This document shows, piece by piece, positions 39,477 through 52,919 of a DNA stretch of 64,000 bases; within the stretch, counting starts at the first letter, position 1, and every line of letters starts with the position of its first letter. The translations under genes and the position numbers were made by a program. Under the pieces are notes generated by a model. The model did no database searches. It was not told the DNA's origin and saw nothing but the letters and a program-made list of their open reading frames with translations. Source of the DNA: Camelus dromedarius (Eukaryota); the NCBI RefSeq assembly GCF_036321535.1, contig NC_087472.1:91886001-91950000 (forward strand). Reading direction: 5' to 3'.

Positions 39477-41716
39477 GTCATCGGAGGCGCAACTTGTAAG
39501 AAGAGAATCAAATTCAATTACTGGAATACAACCAAAAGCGTGAATTTTAGCATCCTTACACTCAGCTTTTTTAATTACTGAAGATAGTATTTTTGCTTAA
39601 GCAAACTATTTAGTACATGCACAGGCTTTAGATTATAAAGCAAAACATGACAGTATAATAAATGAGGATCATATTCTGTCCACACAAATAAATTTAAATT
39701 TTGAATTTTACTCTCAGAATGGTGTTTGGCATGATTTGTAATTAGCAAATGAAAGTAACTGCAGTTTTATTTCCTATATGCTTGATCTTCTACGATTAGA
39801 CGTTCATACTTTGTAAAGCATTGTTGTTCTACATTTTCCCTTGACTTGATTGTTTTTAAATAACTGTATATTTGGAGAAAGACTTTTTTGCCACAGAGAC
39901 AGTGACTGAAGAAGAAAATAAAATATGGGACACACCTCAGAAAATCTTGTGGTGTTCATATAGTGTTTTAAGACACGATCTTAGCAAATTCATGAATAGT
40001 TTTAAGTTTTAAAACTCTGATTCTTAATAAATGCTCACAAATAGTTACCCTGTTAATGTTTCGATTAGGATCCTAGGAAAGATTTTACATCTGATGTTCA
40101 TTTTTCATAGTAGACTTTGCATCCATTTGAGTCAATCAGGTTGGAGCAAGGAATATATAGGTGGTTACTGCCTGGAATCCTATATCTGGCTAGAGGTGAT
40201 TAATTCAATGACAAAAATAAAAGTATGATCTTTTCATCTCAGAATGCTCTAAGAAGAGAGATCCAATCATTTTGGTTCCCAGCAGATTGACCCACTAATA
40301 CAGATTAATCAAAAATTTAAATATATATATGTATGTTTGTGTTAAGTTATTATTAGAATATAAAAGGATATTTTGATACATGCAAAATTACACTTTAAAA
40401 AGTAGTTTTTTGCCGTGTCCCTTTTTAACATATAATCCCAATGAAGTGTTCAAATTCTTTCCCTCCCCTACTCTCAAAATAGTCAGTATCAAAGGACTGG
40501 TAAGTCTAATCATAGTTCTTTGTCTCAGCCCATGCTGACCAAAAATTCTTTCCCTTTTTGTTTAAAAAGAATCAAGAAAGATCAGAGGGGTTCCATCAGT
40601 CCTGAAAGACCCAAGAGATACATAGAAGATCTCTTTGCACACTGTAATAAACCTAACATACTCTGCACTATTTTAATGACCTATAAAATAATAGATGTAT
40701 GAGAAGTATATTTTGGTGAAATAAACAAATTTTGTGTTTCACAGAGTACATATAACAAGTACAGTGATCCATTTTGATTTTTTAATGGATTTTCATTTAT
40801 ATGATTTTCAGGTCAAGGTACTTTAGTGTTAGCTTTAGTGACCAGTTTTGAATTATGCAGACTGTATTTGAATGCTGCAGGGACGCCAATAGAATGATCT
40901 ATTATTCACAGATCAATGGGAAAAAGCATGGGTGCACTTGAAAATTATAGTACTCTATTGTGTTGGTGGCCTAGTTCCAAATTAAAGATGTGAACATTCC
41001 TGCGTTAATACTGGAGCCAGATTTTAAAGACAATCAGGCCAAAGTTGAGTTCAATTTAAGGGCTCTTTTGATTATCTGCTTATAGAGTCAAGCAGACTTT
41101 AAAACACCTTAGCTGCTTCAATACCTGTGGTCAATACTTTGAAAACTTTGCACCTTTATGGCCTCTTCTAGCCTATGACCCCCAGTGCAGTGCATGGACT
41201 ATGATGGCCAAGTTTTGCCTCTAATTGGTAGGTTGCAAAGAAATAAAAGGAGCTAAATAAATGGCTCAATAAATGTTTAGTTTTTATGGAAATACATTTT
41301 ACATACATGCATGCATTCACATACAATTTTAGGAACATTCTTCTTTGAAGAAGTTAATCCTTTAAGTTAATGCATAGCTTCAGTAGAGACTGACATGAAA
41401 TTGTAAAGGAAGGAGACATGAGCCTCTCCAGCTAAATTCTGAAGAAGTATAGAGGTCAGTGGGACATGTCACTAACAATTTGCTCTCATTTTAAAGTATC
41501 TGTTTTGTATAACTAATAAATGAGTCTACAAAGATATCTTAAAGAAAAGCAAGATCCTTCCTTTATTGTCTTCCATGTGTCAGGCAGTTTATCCATTAAA
41601 TTTACATATATTAGTTAATTTAAATCCCCCAAACAACCCCATGAAATGATGCTGAAACTGGGACTGAAGACAAATTAGTCGATAGTTTCTTATACGTGTA
41701 TTTAGTCAATTCTTGT

Positions 41717-42171
41717 AATAACAGCCCCCAATTTGTTCATGCGTCTTCAGTATACTCAGTTTTCGGTAGTACCCTTCACCCTGTCTCTGGGCCAGGCCAA
41801 TGGGAACAGCAAAGACCTCAAAAGTGCATGCATTTTTGGACTCACCCTTTCTTACTGAGCTAGGGATCCCTGCTACACCACCATCTGACAAAGTTCACGT
41901 TAGCCTGCTAGCAAATGGAAGATCACATGGAGCAGGGATAAGCTATTCCAGCTGAAACCTTAGACCACCCTACTCCACCCAACCTGGCAGTTACTTGTAG
42001 ATGCATATGCAAGCCCTAGCTCAGATGAGGTGAGCCCGGCAGACCAGAAGAACCACCCAGTAGAGCCCAGCCCAAACAGCCTTCCTGCAGAATCATGAGC
42101 TAAGTAAATAGTTTTTGTTTTAAACCATTACATTTTGAGGTTTTTTGTTACATGGTAAAAGCTAACTGAAA
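41717..42171 (+). mobile_element. MLT1 (F/G-like) solo LTR, apparently inserted into a - strand MIR (about 41560-42225)
   Basis: CCAGAAGAACCACCCAG..GAGCCCAGCCCAAA..CAGAATCATGAGCTAA...TTTTAAACCA..AAGCTAACTGA. Confidence 0.85.
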
Positions 42172-43339
42172 GTGGGCCGAGCTCTGTACCCAGGTCTATC
42201 TGTGTCCAAAGGCCATGTTCATATCATAAGTAAAAATAAAGAAGAGATAAGAAATTAGTACTAGATCACTTGATTAAATTATGTGAAATTACATAGAACA
42301 GAGACTACTTCTGGTCAGGTCCCAGAACAAAAGCAGCACAAATCAGAGTTAAAGTCATGGCAATTTGTTCCATGTGATCTGAATAGCTGAAAAGATGTGC
42401 ACAAATCCCAAATGCCGTTCTCTGTGCAAATGAATAGTGGCAAATCAGACTGCCTGAATTTTCTGATTCTAATCCAACAGGGTTATGAGATATGGACTCA
42501 AAATGTATACACATAAATATTTTCATTTCAGCTCCCAAGCCTCTCTGAAAAAACACTCTTGATACTTGAGGAGATTCTAAGTTGGAAGAAACATAGCAGC
42601 TCTACTTTATGTGTTTCCACCATGGTAAAGTCTTTCCATGCTGATCATCTCATTGTGCAATGTGAATTATTCAGAATATAAATATGCTTTCTTTTTTCAG
42701 CTAGGGGACAATAAATTTGACAATGAAGATGAATCTGAAGTATAAATCATGTGTAGACTTCATGAATATTCAAATTAAATCAGACCTGGTTCTGAACCCC
42801 ACACTCCTGCTCACAGTGTAAATCACTGTGCGTGTTACTCAAGAGGTCACCCCAAACAGACGTTAGGAATGCTTTTTCCCTTGAAAAATGCAATTAATTA
42901 CAATTGTTTGCCCCTAAGGATTTCACTTGCAAATTGTTTATTTTCTGGTGTCACTGATGAGCTGACTGGGAAAATGAAACACTTAGGTTTAATTACCAGC
43001 TGCAATTACAGCTCATGTAAAAGGTACTTCATCTTATACTCTTTTTATAATTGTCTATTCTTATGATATAATATGCAGTTACATTTGCTGCCTCTCAAAA
43101 TACTAACAATGCCACTCAATTTCCAAGAAAAAATGAACACAAGATGACTCTAAAATGGCTTCAATGTGGCTTGAAGATGTTTAAACATAGTGGTATGTTC
43201 TGTTTCATCCAAAGCCCTTCAACTTCTTGGACTTTGAATATAGAGAGATCATGGAAATGAGAAAAGAGGTAAGAAAATTTAGTCAACCACTTTATTAAGT
43301 TTAGATTTTCCTTTAGAATAGAGGTGATATGAAAGCTGA

Positions 43340-43600
43340 AAGAACTGTCTAGTTCAGATGTAGGAAAGTAAGAGTTTATATTCAGCTTTTCTCCCTTATC
43401 AGCTGTGTAACTAAGGTCCTCTTCAGTTTTCTAACTTTACTGCCTATTTGGTTAACCTTTCAAATTGTATTTGCAAAATGAGTAATGTTGGTTCCTAATT
43501 AATAGGGCTGCTGTAAGGATTAGGTGAGACTGTTGATGTTGATTGTCTGTCATAAATCCTGATATAAAGTAGGGGCTCAACAAATCTTAGTACCTTACTC
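43340..43600 (+). mobile_element. MIR SINE
   Basis: AGCTGTGTAACT...GCAAAATGAG..ATAGGGCTGCTGTAAGGATTA. Confidence 0.65.
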
Positions 43601-43639
43601 AATCCTTCAAGTTCATTATACTTTTAAAATACTGGATAG

Positions 43640-43880
43640 CATGATGTGTTGATAACTCTGTGGGTTCTGGAGCCGTACTGTCTGGGTGGGTTCAAGTCCT
43701 GACCACAGTTTTACTATTTTGGAATCTTGATTGTCACTTAACCTCTCTTTTTTCTTTTTTTTTTTTTGTTTCACATGTGACATGTAGTAGTAATATAACC
43801 TACCTAATAGGGTAATTTTTAATACAAACAACCTAATTCTTATAACAATGTAGGAAATGTTGCCTGGCACAGTAAGCTGA
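43640..43880 (+). mobile_element. MIR SINE
   Basis: GGGTTCTGGAGCC..GGGTTCAAGTCCTG..TCACTTAACCTCTCT...TGCCTGGCACAGTAAG. Confidence 0.8.
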
Positions 43881-45279
43881 AAAGAAATTAAGATGATGGC
43901 AAAACAATGATATTTTTGTTTTAAAAGTAAGGGAAACCTCTAAAGACGCCTCTTATTTCACCTTCAGCCACATTTTTAATTTAAGGAATGAAGTACTTTA
44001 ATCCTAAAAACACAGGATACAAAATAAAATGAAAAATGTAGAAAAGGATTGAGCATTCTGGTATCTCATAATTTGTTATCTGAAATAATAGATACAGCCT
44101 CTGGACTGTTATTTACTGGGTACTACAATGTTTTTGAATGTTTGGCCAAGGGGCTGTGAAACAAGTATGAAATCCATATTAGTGTCAAAACAGATCTGTG
44201 TTGTATTATTATGTTTGCCACTTTGATATACAGCTCTGAGACATGGACTTTGTACAGATGTCATAATAGGAAACATGAACAGTTTCATATACATTTTTAA
44301 TGCAAGATAACCCAGCATATAAAATGGAAAGATAAAATCCTAAATATACCAGTACATCAAAAATAAAATTTGAGTGGAAGTCCATAACAACATCAACATG
44401 GTTTTACTTAATCAGTAATGCAGCATGAAGGGAAGATATTCACAATTAAAACCATTTAAAATTGATAGATTTGTAATTCAAAGTGTATTATTTGATGTTC
44501 TATTGACTGATGCAGGGCTGTTCTAGAAGTCCGTTATATGAGGGCACATGGAATCTGGACTTGAGCACTAAAAGTGATAGCATTCCACTTTGTCTCACTG
44601 GCTCTTAAAAGAACATCACCCAAGAGAAATATAAACAATTCATGCTTGTTTCACACACTCTTGGCAATGAGTAGGGGTGAGGGGCTGTGCTGTGATATTT
44701 CCAGAACTGGATTTCCATTTAACACATGTAAGCAGTTTTCATATAAACTGTGCTGTTTCACTCACTACGAGAGCCATCAATACACCCTTAGCTCTGTCCA
44801 TAGAGACATATAAGGATAGGAGATCTTCAAGGTAATAACAGAATATGTAGTAGATCAGCAATGCCCTTTAAAAGCAGACTAAGAAATAAAAAAGCAATTT
44901 TAAGCAAATTTTTGACGGCTATGGCAAGCTATCTTAGTAGTCAAATGACAAGATGATGTTTTGCTTTTAGCACACTGAACTATATAAACTCAGAGGAACT
45001 TTGAAGAAGTGTTGAGGCTTCACTTGTGACCCTGAAAGGTTTTCCTATGGAACTTGTGCAAACACAGAACAGCTCTGTTCTTTATGGGTGAGGGGATGGC
45101 TGGAAGAACAGTCATAAATAAAGCTACACTGTGCTAGGAGGCTAGAAAGGATGCCACACCACGTGTTGTGAGGCAGCTAGAAGACTGCAGATTTTGGTAG
45201 AGGATATTCCTTAAAAGGAACATGACTGCTATATTTACATATTCAAGGGAATTTCACGGGGAAGAAGAATTAGACTCAA

Positions 45280-45442
45280 TCCAAATCTGGCCAGTCCTAT
45301 GCCCTGCCCATGGCAGGCATCACTAATAGATCACTGCACTCCTGCATGATGAGACTGCAAACATTTGAGAATTGTTCCTAACAGTCCAGCAAGGCACTAG
45401 GAATTGGAATTTTCTCAAGAGATGAAACCTATTTGTCATTTA
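45280..45442. mobile_element. hAT-Charlie-type fragment
   Basis: CCCATGGCAGGCATCACTAAT..GATCAC and GAGATGAAACCTATTTGTCA. Confidence 0.5.
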
Positions 45443-45494
45443 AGAAATATGTACAATTTCTGAGGTGAGGTCCAAGTAGAATAAACCCAACTGT

Positions 45495-45680
45495 CCTAGA
45501 GGCAGATTTTAGGTCCATATAAATAAGTTTCTAAGTTTTAAATTGTTGAGAGTAGAATGTTGCCCCTAAAATTCTCTGGGAAGTATCTGGGGACATCCTG
45601 GGAAAGTGCTCTAAAGGGGTCCATATAAGAAGGTGTGGTACTGTAAGGTCACTTAGACAACTTTCAGCTCCGTGGATGAG
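45495..45680 (+). mobile_element. L3/CR1 3' remnant
   Basis: GAGGCAGATTTTAGG..AAGTTTCTAA...TAAGGTC..TTCAGCTC. Confidence 0.45.
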
Positions 45681-48059
45681 AACATAAGTGTGAATTAGAA
45701 TAACTAGGACCTAAAAATAAAAATAAAAATAGATAAAACCCATACTAAGTATGGTTAAAATCTGACAATCATATAAATATAATTAGTTTTCATTTCCTGC
45801 CTCTTTAATGCAGGTAGGAAGAAAAATCTCTATCTGTCTATGTATCTATGAATCTGTGATCTATTTATATCAATATATATGCATGCATGTGCATATATAT
45901 GCAACTATATAATCTGAATATTCTATTTTTCTCTTATTATATAAGGTGATTCTGGAAGAATTTGTGTGGTTGAAATTTTTAAGTCTATACCAATATAATG
46001 GTTACTTTATAACTAAAGAGAATTTTAATAGACCAAATACCTTAAGTATACATATTATTTTTCTTGGTATTTTTCCTTTAAACTAGCAAGAGGGCAACAG
46101 TGGGTATTTTTCTTCTTGTGTCCTATTCCATCAGCAACCATGACAACATTTATTAATCTTTGCGCTTCTCCCCTGCCATTTATTAATGAGTAACATCTTG
46201 TTCAATGTCACAGGTTTGAGCAGCATGCACCAAACATTTGTAAAATTTCTTTATTCCTGACAGTGAACATCAAAGCCAAGAGATACTCATTACAGGAGAA
46301 ACAAGGGAGGACTTTAAACAATGACTAAATCTAGAAGGAAACTATGTAACAAGGTGCTTGTGTGAGTAAGTGTGCATGTATGTGTCATGCGGACTTGCAT
46401 GCCAAAAAAATGACAGTGGGTATTTACTGAAAAAAAAGGGGCGGAGGAGCCTGTGAGGCATTGAGAAGTGAGTCTTGACCTACTTGAGCACATTTCCCTT
46501 CTACCAGACAGTGGCAGGTGATATTTGCTACTCCTTTGATATGATTCTATGCTGCCTAGCAAGAGATATTTAGTTTTATGCATGAAATGTTCCATTTCCT
46601 TTGTAGTAGGAAAGTCAGGGATGTTCAGAAAGCTTTCTCTTTCCCTCTCTTACTTTTTCTGTCTCTAATTCCCTGCTCACATCCTCATATTTTGCTGGTG
46701 ACTCTTCCTTCTTTCCTCAGACTGAAAACAAAGCTTGTATATGATGGTTTCAATATGATGGGTAAGAAAGAAATAATTATTTGGGAACTGCTTTTCTTTA
46801 TATAAGGATGCTCGATATTTTGGAATGGAGAAATAATATGGGTGTTTTATCTGTAAGGCAGATATAACATGACTTTAATTTCATCCTCAATAGTCCTAGC
46901 CTCAGTGGCATGGATTAGATCTTTCCCACCAAGTGTACCTAGAAGTAAAGTGGAAGTAAAATGGCATTTCTTTTTCTCCCTTGACCTAGTCTTCCATTTC
47001 CTTCTTCTACTTTAAGGTCATATACACTCTTAGTTGTGATGTTGGTTCCTGCTGAAGAATATCATTGGTGGTTCTACAGGTTGACAACATTAAGAAAAAC
47101 TGTATTTCCAAACTATATTTCCAAAGGTCCATTTCCAGAACATATCTCCTAAATCCTGCTTCATATTGTCCTTGCTTTGAGAATCCAATTGGATAAAGCC
47201 ATCTCGTCTAGCCTTGAGGCCTGAAATTCTTGTGAACATGATTTTGTTTCTCTGCTGCTACAGAACTAGAGATATGGACACAAGGTGCTCCCAAATTCTG
47301 CCCTTTGGAACCTGTATTGATTGGTTCAACCCTATTCAGCTCTCTCTTGAGAGTCTGAGTTGATAAATGGTGAATCAATATTTTGTTAATGATGGGAAAA
47401 TAAGGAAATATATTCAAAGAATAAATATTATTTGAAATATTAGCATAATCAGGATAAAGTATTGAAGTATATGGAAATTTGCATATGATCACCCAATGGA
47501 GCTGTGATAGGCTTCATGATGACTCAGTGAAACTTTTATCAATGTCATTTATTCTCATCATTTACTATTTAAATGTGCCAACTATTCTATTTTAGTTTAA
47601 GGCAGGGAAGATGATTATTTCTTTTTCTAATTCTGGCTAATGTGTAAGAGGTTATGAAAGATATGCAAAGGTACAGGGACATTTTATCTCCCAAATTTAT
47701 TCATTGATTTAACAAAACTTAAGTTCAGAATAATTGAATTGAAATGTCAAATTCAAAATCAAATGTCAGAGGACTTTTTCAGTAAGCCTTCCTGTCCTGG
47801 ATTATTTTTCACATATGAATCTCAAAAGAGAGCTAATTTAGCCTAAAAAGACTCATATTTTAATGGGAGTTGAAGTTAAATGACTGAACCTTTATAAATT
47901 ATATTAAGGGAAATAAAGTTTTTGAAAGTTTAGTTCACTACCTCTATGTAAAGTATTTGGAAACGATAGCACAGTACATTATTCTCAGAATAAGGATTAG
48001 ACACTGTCAATAAAAATTCTTCCAGATTAGATACATCCAAATACAATTTGTGCTGCCTT

Positions 48060-48235
48060 CTAGATCATGTTTTTCTATATATTATTTTATTCAATTCCGA
48101 CTACAACACTGTGAAATAGGAAAAATACTACTAATTCCATTTTACAAATAATGCTCAGGTAAATTAGAGACTTGCCAAATTAATAAAGCCAAAAATTGAT
48201 AGAGTTGGAATTTGGAGTCACTTGCCTTTAACACA
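48060..48235 (-). mobile_element. MIR SINE
   Basis: ACAACACTGTGAAATAGG..TCCATTTTACAAAT..GACTTGCC. Confidence 0.65.
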
Positions 48236-49774
48236 TCATCCATTCTTAAGCTGTTATTGATAGTCACTGCCTTACAGATATTAGGCCTGTTTTAGACAAA
48301 AATAAAATGCCCTGAAGAGCTTATCCTCAATATACATTATTATAACTTTTATTCATGTAACATCTTTAGCACCTATTGTGGTGAAGCACAGACGTAGGAA
48401 GTAGGTTATAAAGATGAGTAAACAGCCTTTCTCCCCAGGGCCTTAGAGTCTAAGAGAATAAAATACTTTTAATAATAAGGAGTGTTATCTAGTTGGATAA
48501 GATAATTTAAATTGAAACCTTCCACATGATGTGACATAAAAGGGACAGACTCATGATAGTTCCATGGAGGGTGAGCTGATAAAAGCCAAGAGAAATGAGA
48601 AAATATAGGCCTATTCTTTAAATCATTCTTTTCATCTTTTACAAGTTTGACATATTTAGCACTTTTAATTAAAGAAAAAAGAAGCTCAATGGATATTTCT
48701 CTGAGTAGAGAATAGCTAATGCTTGGAACTCTGGGATCAATGATGATAGCATTTAATAAATATTTTCTTTAATAATAATAAACTTCATCCTTTGAGACAT
48801 AGTAAATCCTCAAGTATCATAGCATCCTTAAAAGCCCCATTTCCATGGTAAACCTTAAAGGCTATGCAAGGTAGAACTAAATTCAAATGAAATAGAACGT
48901 GTTGAAGCTCATAAGAGAGTGACTTAAAATGCTGCGTTAGGTGGTAAAGTAATAAAGAACGTTTTAGATGCTCCTAAAAAGTCAAGGGATGATGATAAAT
49001 GTAGTAAAGGCTTTATTAGGAAAAAGCTACTTACCTCCTATTTCACAAATTAATTTACTATAATAGTTATCAGTGTTATAACTCCAAAGAATCTATATGG
49101 TACATTGTGTATAGTATTTTATAATAGGCAAATGAATATGAACTAATTTACTTGTAGCAATTCTGAAAACTGTTCATAAAGACTATATCCTAGGATTAAA
49201 AATCCAGAATCATACATATAAAGTAGGTACACTCAAAACTAACATATCCAAAAGCAAACTCTTGATTTCCACTTCACATACATGTCCAATCCTGAACCTC
49301 ATCAGTCACGGATTCAGACCCAAACCTTTCAATCATTCCAAACAGCTCTCTCACTCACACATACAATCTGTTAGCAAATCCTTTTTGTTCCATCATCAAA
49401 GATATTCAGAAACTATCAACATCACCACATTTACCTTAGTTTTTGGCACCATTATCTCCTCCCTAGTGTGCTGCCTCTTCATGGGATTTCCAGCTTCTAA
49501 GCCTATCCCCCACCACTGTCTATTCTCCACATGCCAGTCAGAGTGGTCCTATTAAAATGTGAATCAGTTCATGTCTCTCTCCTTCTCAGAACCCTCCAGT
49601 GTTTCCCCATATCTCTCAGAATAACAAAATACTTCCCTCTGGTCCCTATCTAACCCCTGCCGCTTACTCTCTTCATCTCTCACTGACTTTCCTCTAGTCA
49701 CAATGTCCTCCTTGACGATCTCCCAGCTTCTGGATCTTTGCACATTTTGTTGCCTTTGCCTTTATCCCAGAGGT

Positions 49775-50195
49775 TAATAAATAGTAGCTAAGATCAGGGG
49801 TAGGTCCAGGCTACGGAGGGCCTGGGGCTCATACAGTTGAGGGATCTTCTTTTTTTAGAAAAAGAATATGGCATTTTGTATACAAAATTCAATAAGGGAC
49901 CTCAGAAGAGGTCCAGATAAGTGAGGGGGCTGAACTAGCTTTGTTATCCTCATAGTAAATCCACCTCTTATATAATACTGTATGCTATGCACTGATCTAA
50001 ATGCTTTAATATAGTACATAATTTAATTTTCATAACAATACTATGGAGGGAGATATTATCCCCATTTTACAGACTGGGAGTCAGAGGCACAGAGTGATTA
50101 AATAATTTGTCCCAGTTAAACTGCTAGAAGAGGGCCAGTGGTAAATTTTGAACTCTGTCTGGCTTGACTCCGTGCTTTTTCCCACAGTATGTACT
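49775..50195 (-). mobile_element. MIR SINE inside the L2
   Basis: TATTATCCCCATTTTACAGA..GAGGCACAGAG..TTAAATAATTTGTCC. Confidence 0.85.
49795..49969. mobile_element. MER53-like hAT MITE
   Basis: CAGGGGTAGGTCCAGG...AGAAAAAGAATA...GTAAATCCACCTCT. Confidence 0.8.
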
Positions 50196-50608
50196 GAACC
50201 TGCATTTCTTGTTCTCTCACTGCCTCCAAATCCCTGATCAAGCATCACCTCTTCAGAGAGGCCTTCTCTGGCCACTTAAACCTTTCCTATTGTCCCTTCT
50301 CTAGACTCATACCATCTCTCATTTTTGTTAATGGCATATGCCACCATCTGATAAGTTACATGCTTATTTATTATTGTCTATCTTCTCCCACTTTAATGTA
50401 AGCTCCACCTTTTCTCCGTTATGAAGAGATGTATTTCCCAATGTTTAGAACAGTGTCTGGCACGTAGCAGGTTCTCAGTAAAATCTTGTGGAATAAATTT
50501 TTCCTCCATATTCAATACATGAAATGCAGTTTAATTACTATGCATATAAAGGAAAATTAATTATGCACAGCATACTATATTTCCTAGGAGTAAGCAGTAC
50601 ACATTAGA

Positions 50609-50670
50609 TCAGTGGTTCTGAAAGTGTGGCCCATGGATGGGCAGCATCGGCATCTTCTGGGAGCTTATTC
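50609..50670. mobile_element. MER5A terminal fragment
   Basis: CAGTGGTTCTGAAAGTGTGG..CAGCATCGGCATCTTCTGGGAGCTT. Confidence 0.75.
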
Positions 50671-51060
50671 AAAGGACAAAGTTGGCCATGGGATCCACAC
50701 TGGAGGGAACAGGGTCTCTAGTTACCTGTCTTACTAATGTTGATACTCCTCAGAGACACCTGTTTATCAGATTGAATAGCTTGGAAATAGTTTCTGACAA
50801 CAAAAATGACAGCTCAAATTTCAGCTGAGAAATTTCATTCCAAAGTGAACTGAATAAAGGGAGACCTAAAGATGGAATGTGATTGTCTTTAGTGCATAGG
50901 AAAGCACTCCATTATTTTTTCTCTAATGTGTTTCTATTTTTTTTTATCCTTTTATTGTGTAGATCTTCACGTGCTTCCTGTTAGCTTAAAAAAAAAGAAC
51001 CTTAATGTGTCCTGGTGATTGTGTTTGGCTAATTTTTTCTATCTTTTTCTCTCCCTCCAG

Positions 51061-51153
51061 TGCCCAACTTCCTTCTATTAAGAGGAACACAGCTGGTAAT
51101 GTGGTCCCACCTCAAAGGAAAGATGGATTCTAAAACACAATGGAAAATCACAG
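51061..51153 (+). other. candidate 93-nt internal exon (alternative donor gives 35 nt)
   Basis: CTAAT branch 51029-51033, long pyrimidine tract plus CAG, CAG|GTGATT donor, one open frame. Confidence 0.3.
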
Positions 51154-51714
51154 GTGATTCAAATATCCTTTCCAGGTCATGCACTTAATCCTCTCATTTA
51201 ATTTCCCTTCACTGAGACATTTTCTTTTTGAAGATTGCAAACTTAACCTGCACCTGCAATTATTTGAACAGAAATTAGTCTTGTGCTTTCCTCCATAGGA
51301 ACAAAGAAGCATTCAAATGTTTAGCTGACTAAATGCCAACCTTTGTAGACATGGTTTTGAATTGGATTGGAACCCAAGTGTAATTAAATGCATAAAAGGT
51401 ACTGCATTGGAAGTGATTTGTCTTTGGAAATATCTCAGCACACAGTATAAATTAGATCATTTAACTTACTATAAAACAGCTTAGGATTGACAGTGTAAAA
51501 CTGCAGTTCTTAACGTGGCCTGATGCTACTAATGACCAGACTCTAGATGGGCATACCATTTTTCTGACTCAGTAGAGAAGATTTCCTGGCTATCCACACT
51601 GCTTGATTTTACTCACTAATTGAATTAAATAATTGATAGCACCTATTTAAAGTCAGGACCATGACACCCAATAAAAGAGATAAAGGGCTTACATTACAGC
51701 CACTTACAGGAAGC

Positions 51715-51868
51715 TTAAGTTACCCCTGCCTCAGAATTATCTAGCGGGGCTTAGCAAAATGCAGAACCTCAGGCTTCCCACACTACGAAATCTGAATCTC
51801 CAGAAATACATATTTTAAAGACTTGTTTCTGGTGATACTTAGTGTACTTTAGAGGTTGAGAACCGATG
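51715..51868. mobile_element. MER5-family MITE
   Basis: AAAATGCAGA..AAATCTGAATCTCCAG..GGTGATACT..GGTTGAGAACCGATG. Confidence 0.65.
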
Positions 51869-52276
51869 GGAGGCATAAGGACACTGGATATCTGGGGAAG
51901 TGAGAAAGAGAAGGTAGGCTGAGTGCTCATACATATCCTTACACAACAAATTTTGATAGAACCAGCTATCATGATGGAAGAAATATTGACTGTACTTTTA
52001 GAGCAGCTGTTCTTCAGAGAAAAATTCAAACAAATATAGGGAGCTTAAGTGACAGTCAAAGAAATCAAGTTCCTTAATTTTTAGATCTCAAATTATATGT
52101 TAAAGGATATGCATGGAGAAACAATGCTTCCATAAATATAGAATCATGACACCTCAACACTCATTACTTGATATTAAGTTCTATGTTGGAAACATGTTTT
52201 CCAGGAAGCTGGAATGTACTCAGTTTTCACTCTTCAAGGTGGTGGTGCTGGGTATGAAGCAAAAATAAGATATACA

Positions 52277-52378
52277 CAATGAATATATGTATGTTCATGT
52301 ATAACTGAAAAATTGTGCTCTACACTGGAATTTGATACAACATTGTAAAATGATTATAAATCAATACAAAATGTTCAA
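52277..52378 (+). mobile_element. very short (about 102 bp) young L1 3' end with perfect 16-bp TSD
   Basis: TATGTATGTTCATGTATAACTGAAAAATTGTGCTCTACACTGGAA..CAACATTGTAAA; AAAAATAAGATATACA at 52261-52276 and 52379-52394. Confidence 0.9.
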
Positions 52379-52919
52379 AAAAATAAGATATACAGTTTTA
52401 GTTTCCCCAAAGTGAATAGCCTTCTTCAACAGAACATGTGAAAAACCATTTAAGCTTTTTGTAATAACTACTATTATTCTGAATATTATTTACCAAAGTA
52501 CACTAAGTACATCAGAATCTATTCAGGTGTTATTGTGCCTACACAGAGTGGTCTATACTTTCTGATAGCTTACTGTCACCTTCCAATTATCTTTTTCTAA
52601 TCTCATATACTATAGAAATCAATGTAATGTAGTTCATTAAATTGTGTTTAAAAGTTTAATTAGACCCTCAGTGAGGATCTAAGATGGTCTCCAACAGAGA
52701 CTAGGAAAAGTTCATATTTACAACTGTGTTCCAGTGCTCTGCACATTTTAGAATACCTGATATTCTAAAGAAGTGAGGAAGTGAGGTAGCTTCATACATG
52801 GGTTTCTATTTTAGAGGAACAGTGATTGCTTCAAACTTGCCGCTTCTTGAAATCTCTTATAAACAGTCTGAAGCATTTTAGAGAAATCAAATCAGTCTCA
52901 AAGATAGGAACACTATTTG

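Larger units (their letters stand above)
49220..50500 (+). mobile_element. L2 interrupted by a MIR that is itself interrupted by MER53
   Basis: CTCAAAACTAACATATCCAAA, TATTCTCCACA, CATCACCTCTTCAGAGAGGCCTTCTCTG, AGAACAGTGTCTGGCACGTAG. Confidence 0.85.

Noticed and set aside
42701..42745. Terminal coding exon LGDNKFDNEDESEV*
   Set aside because: Only an acceptor and a short open frame; no other support
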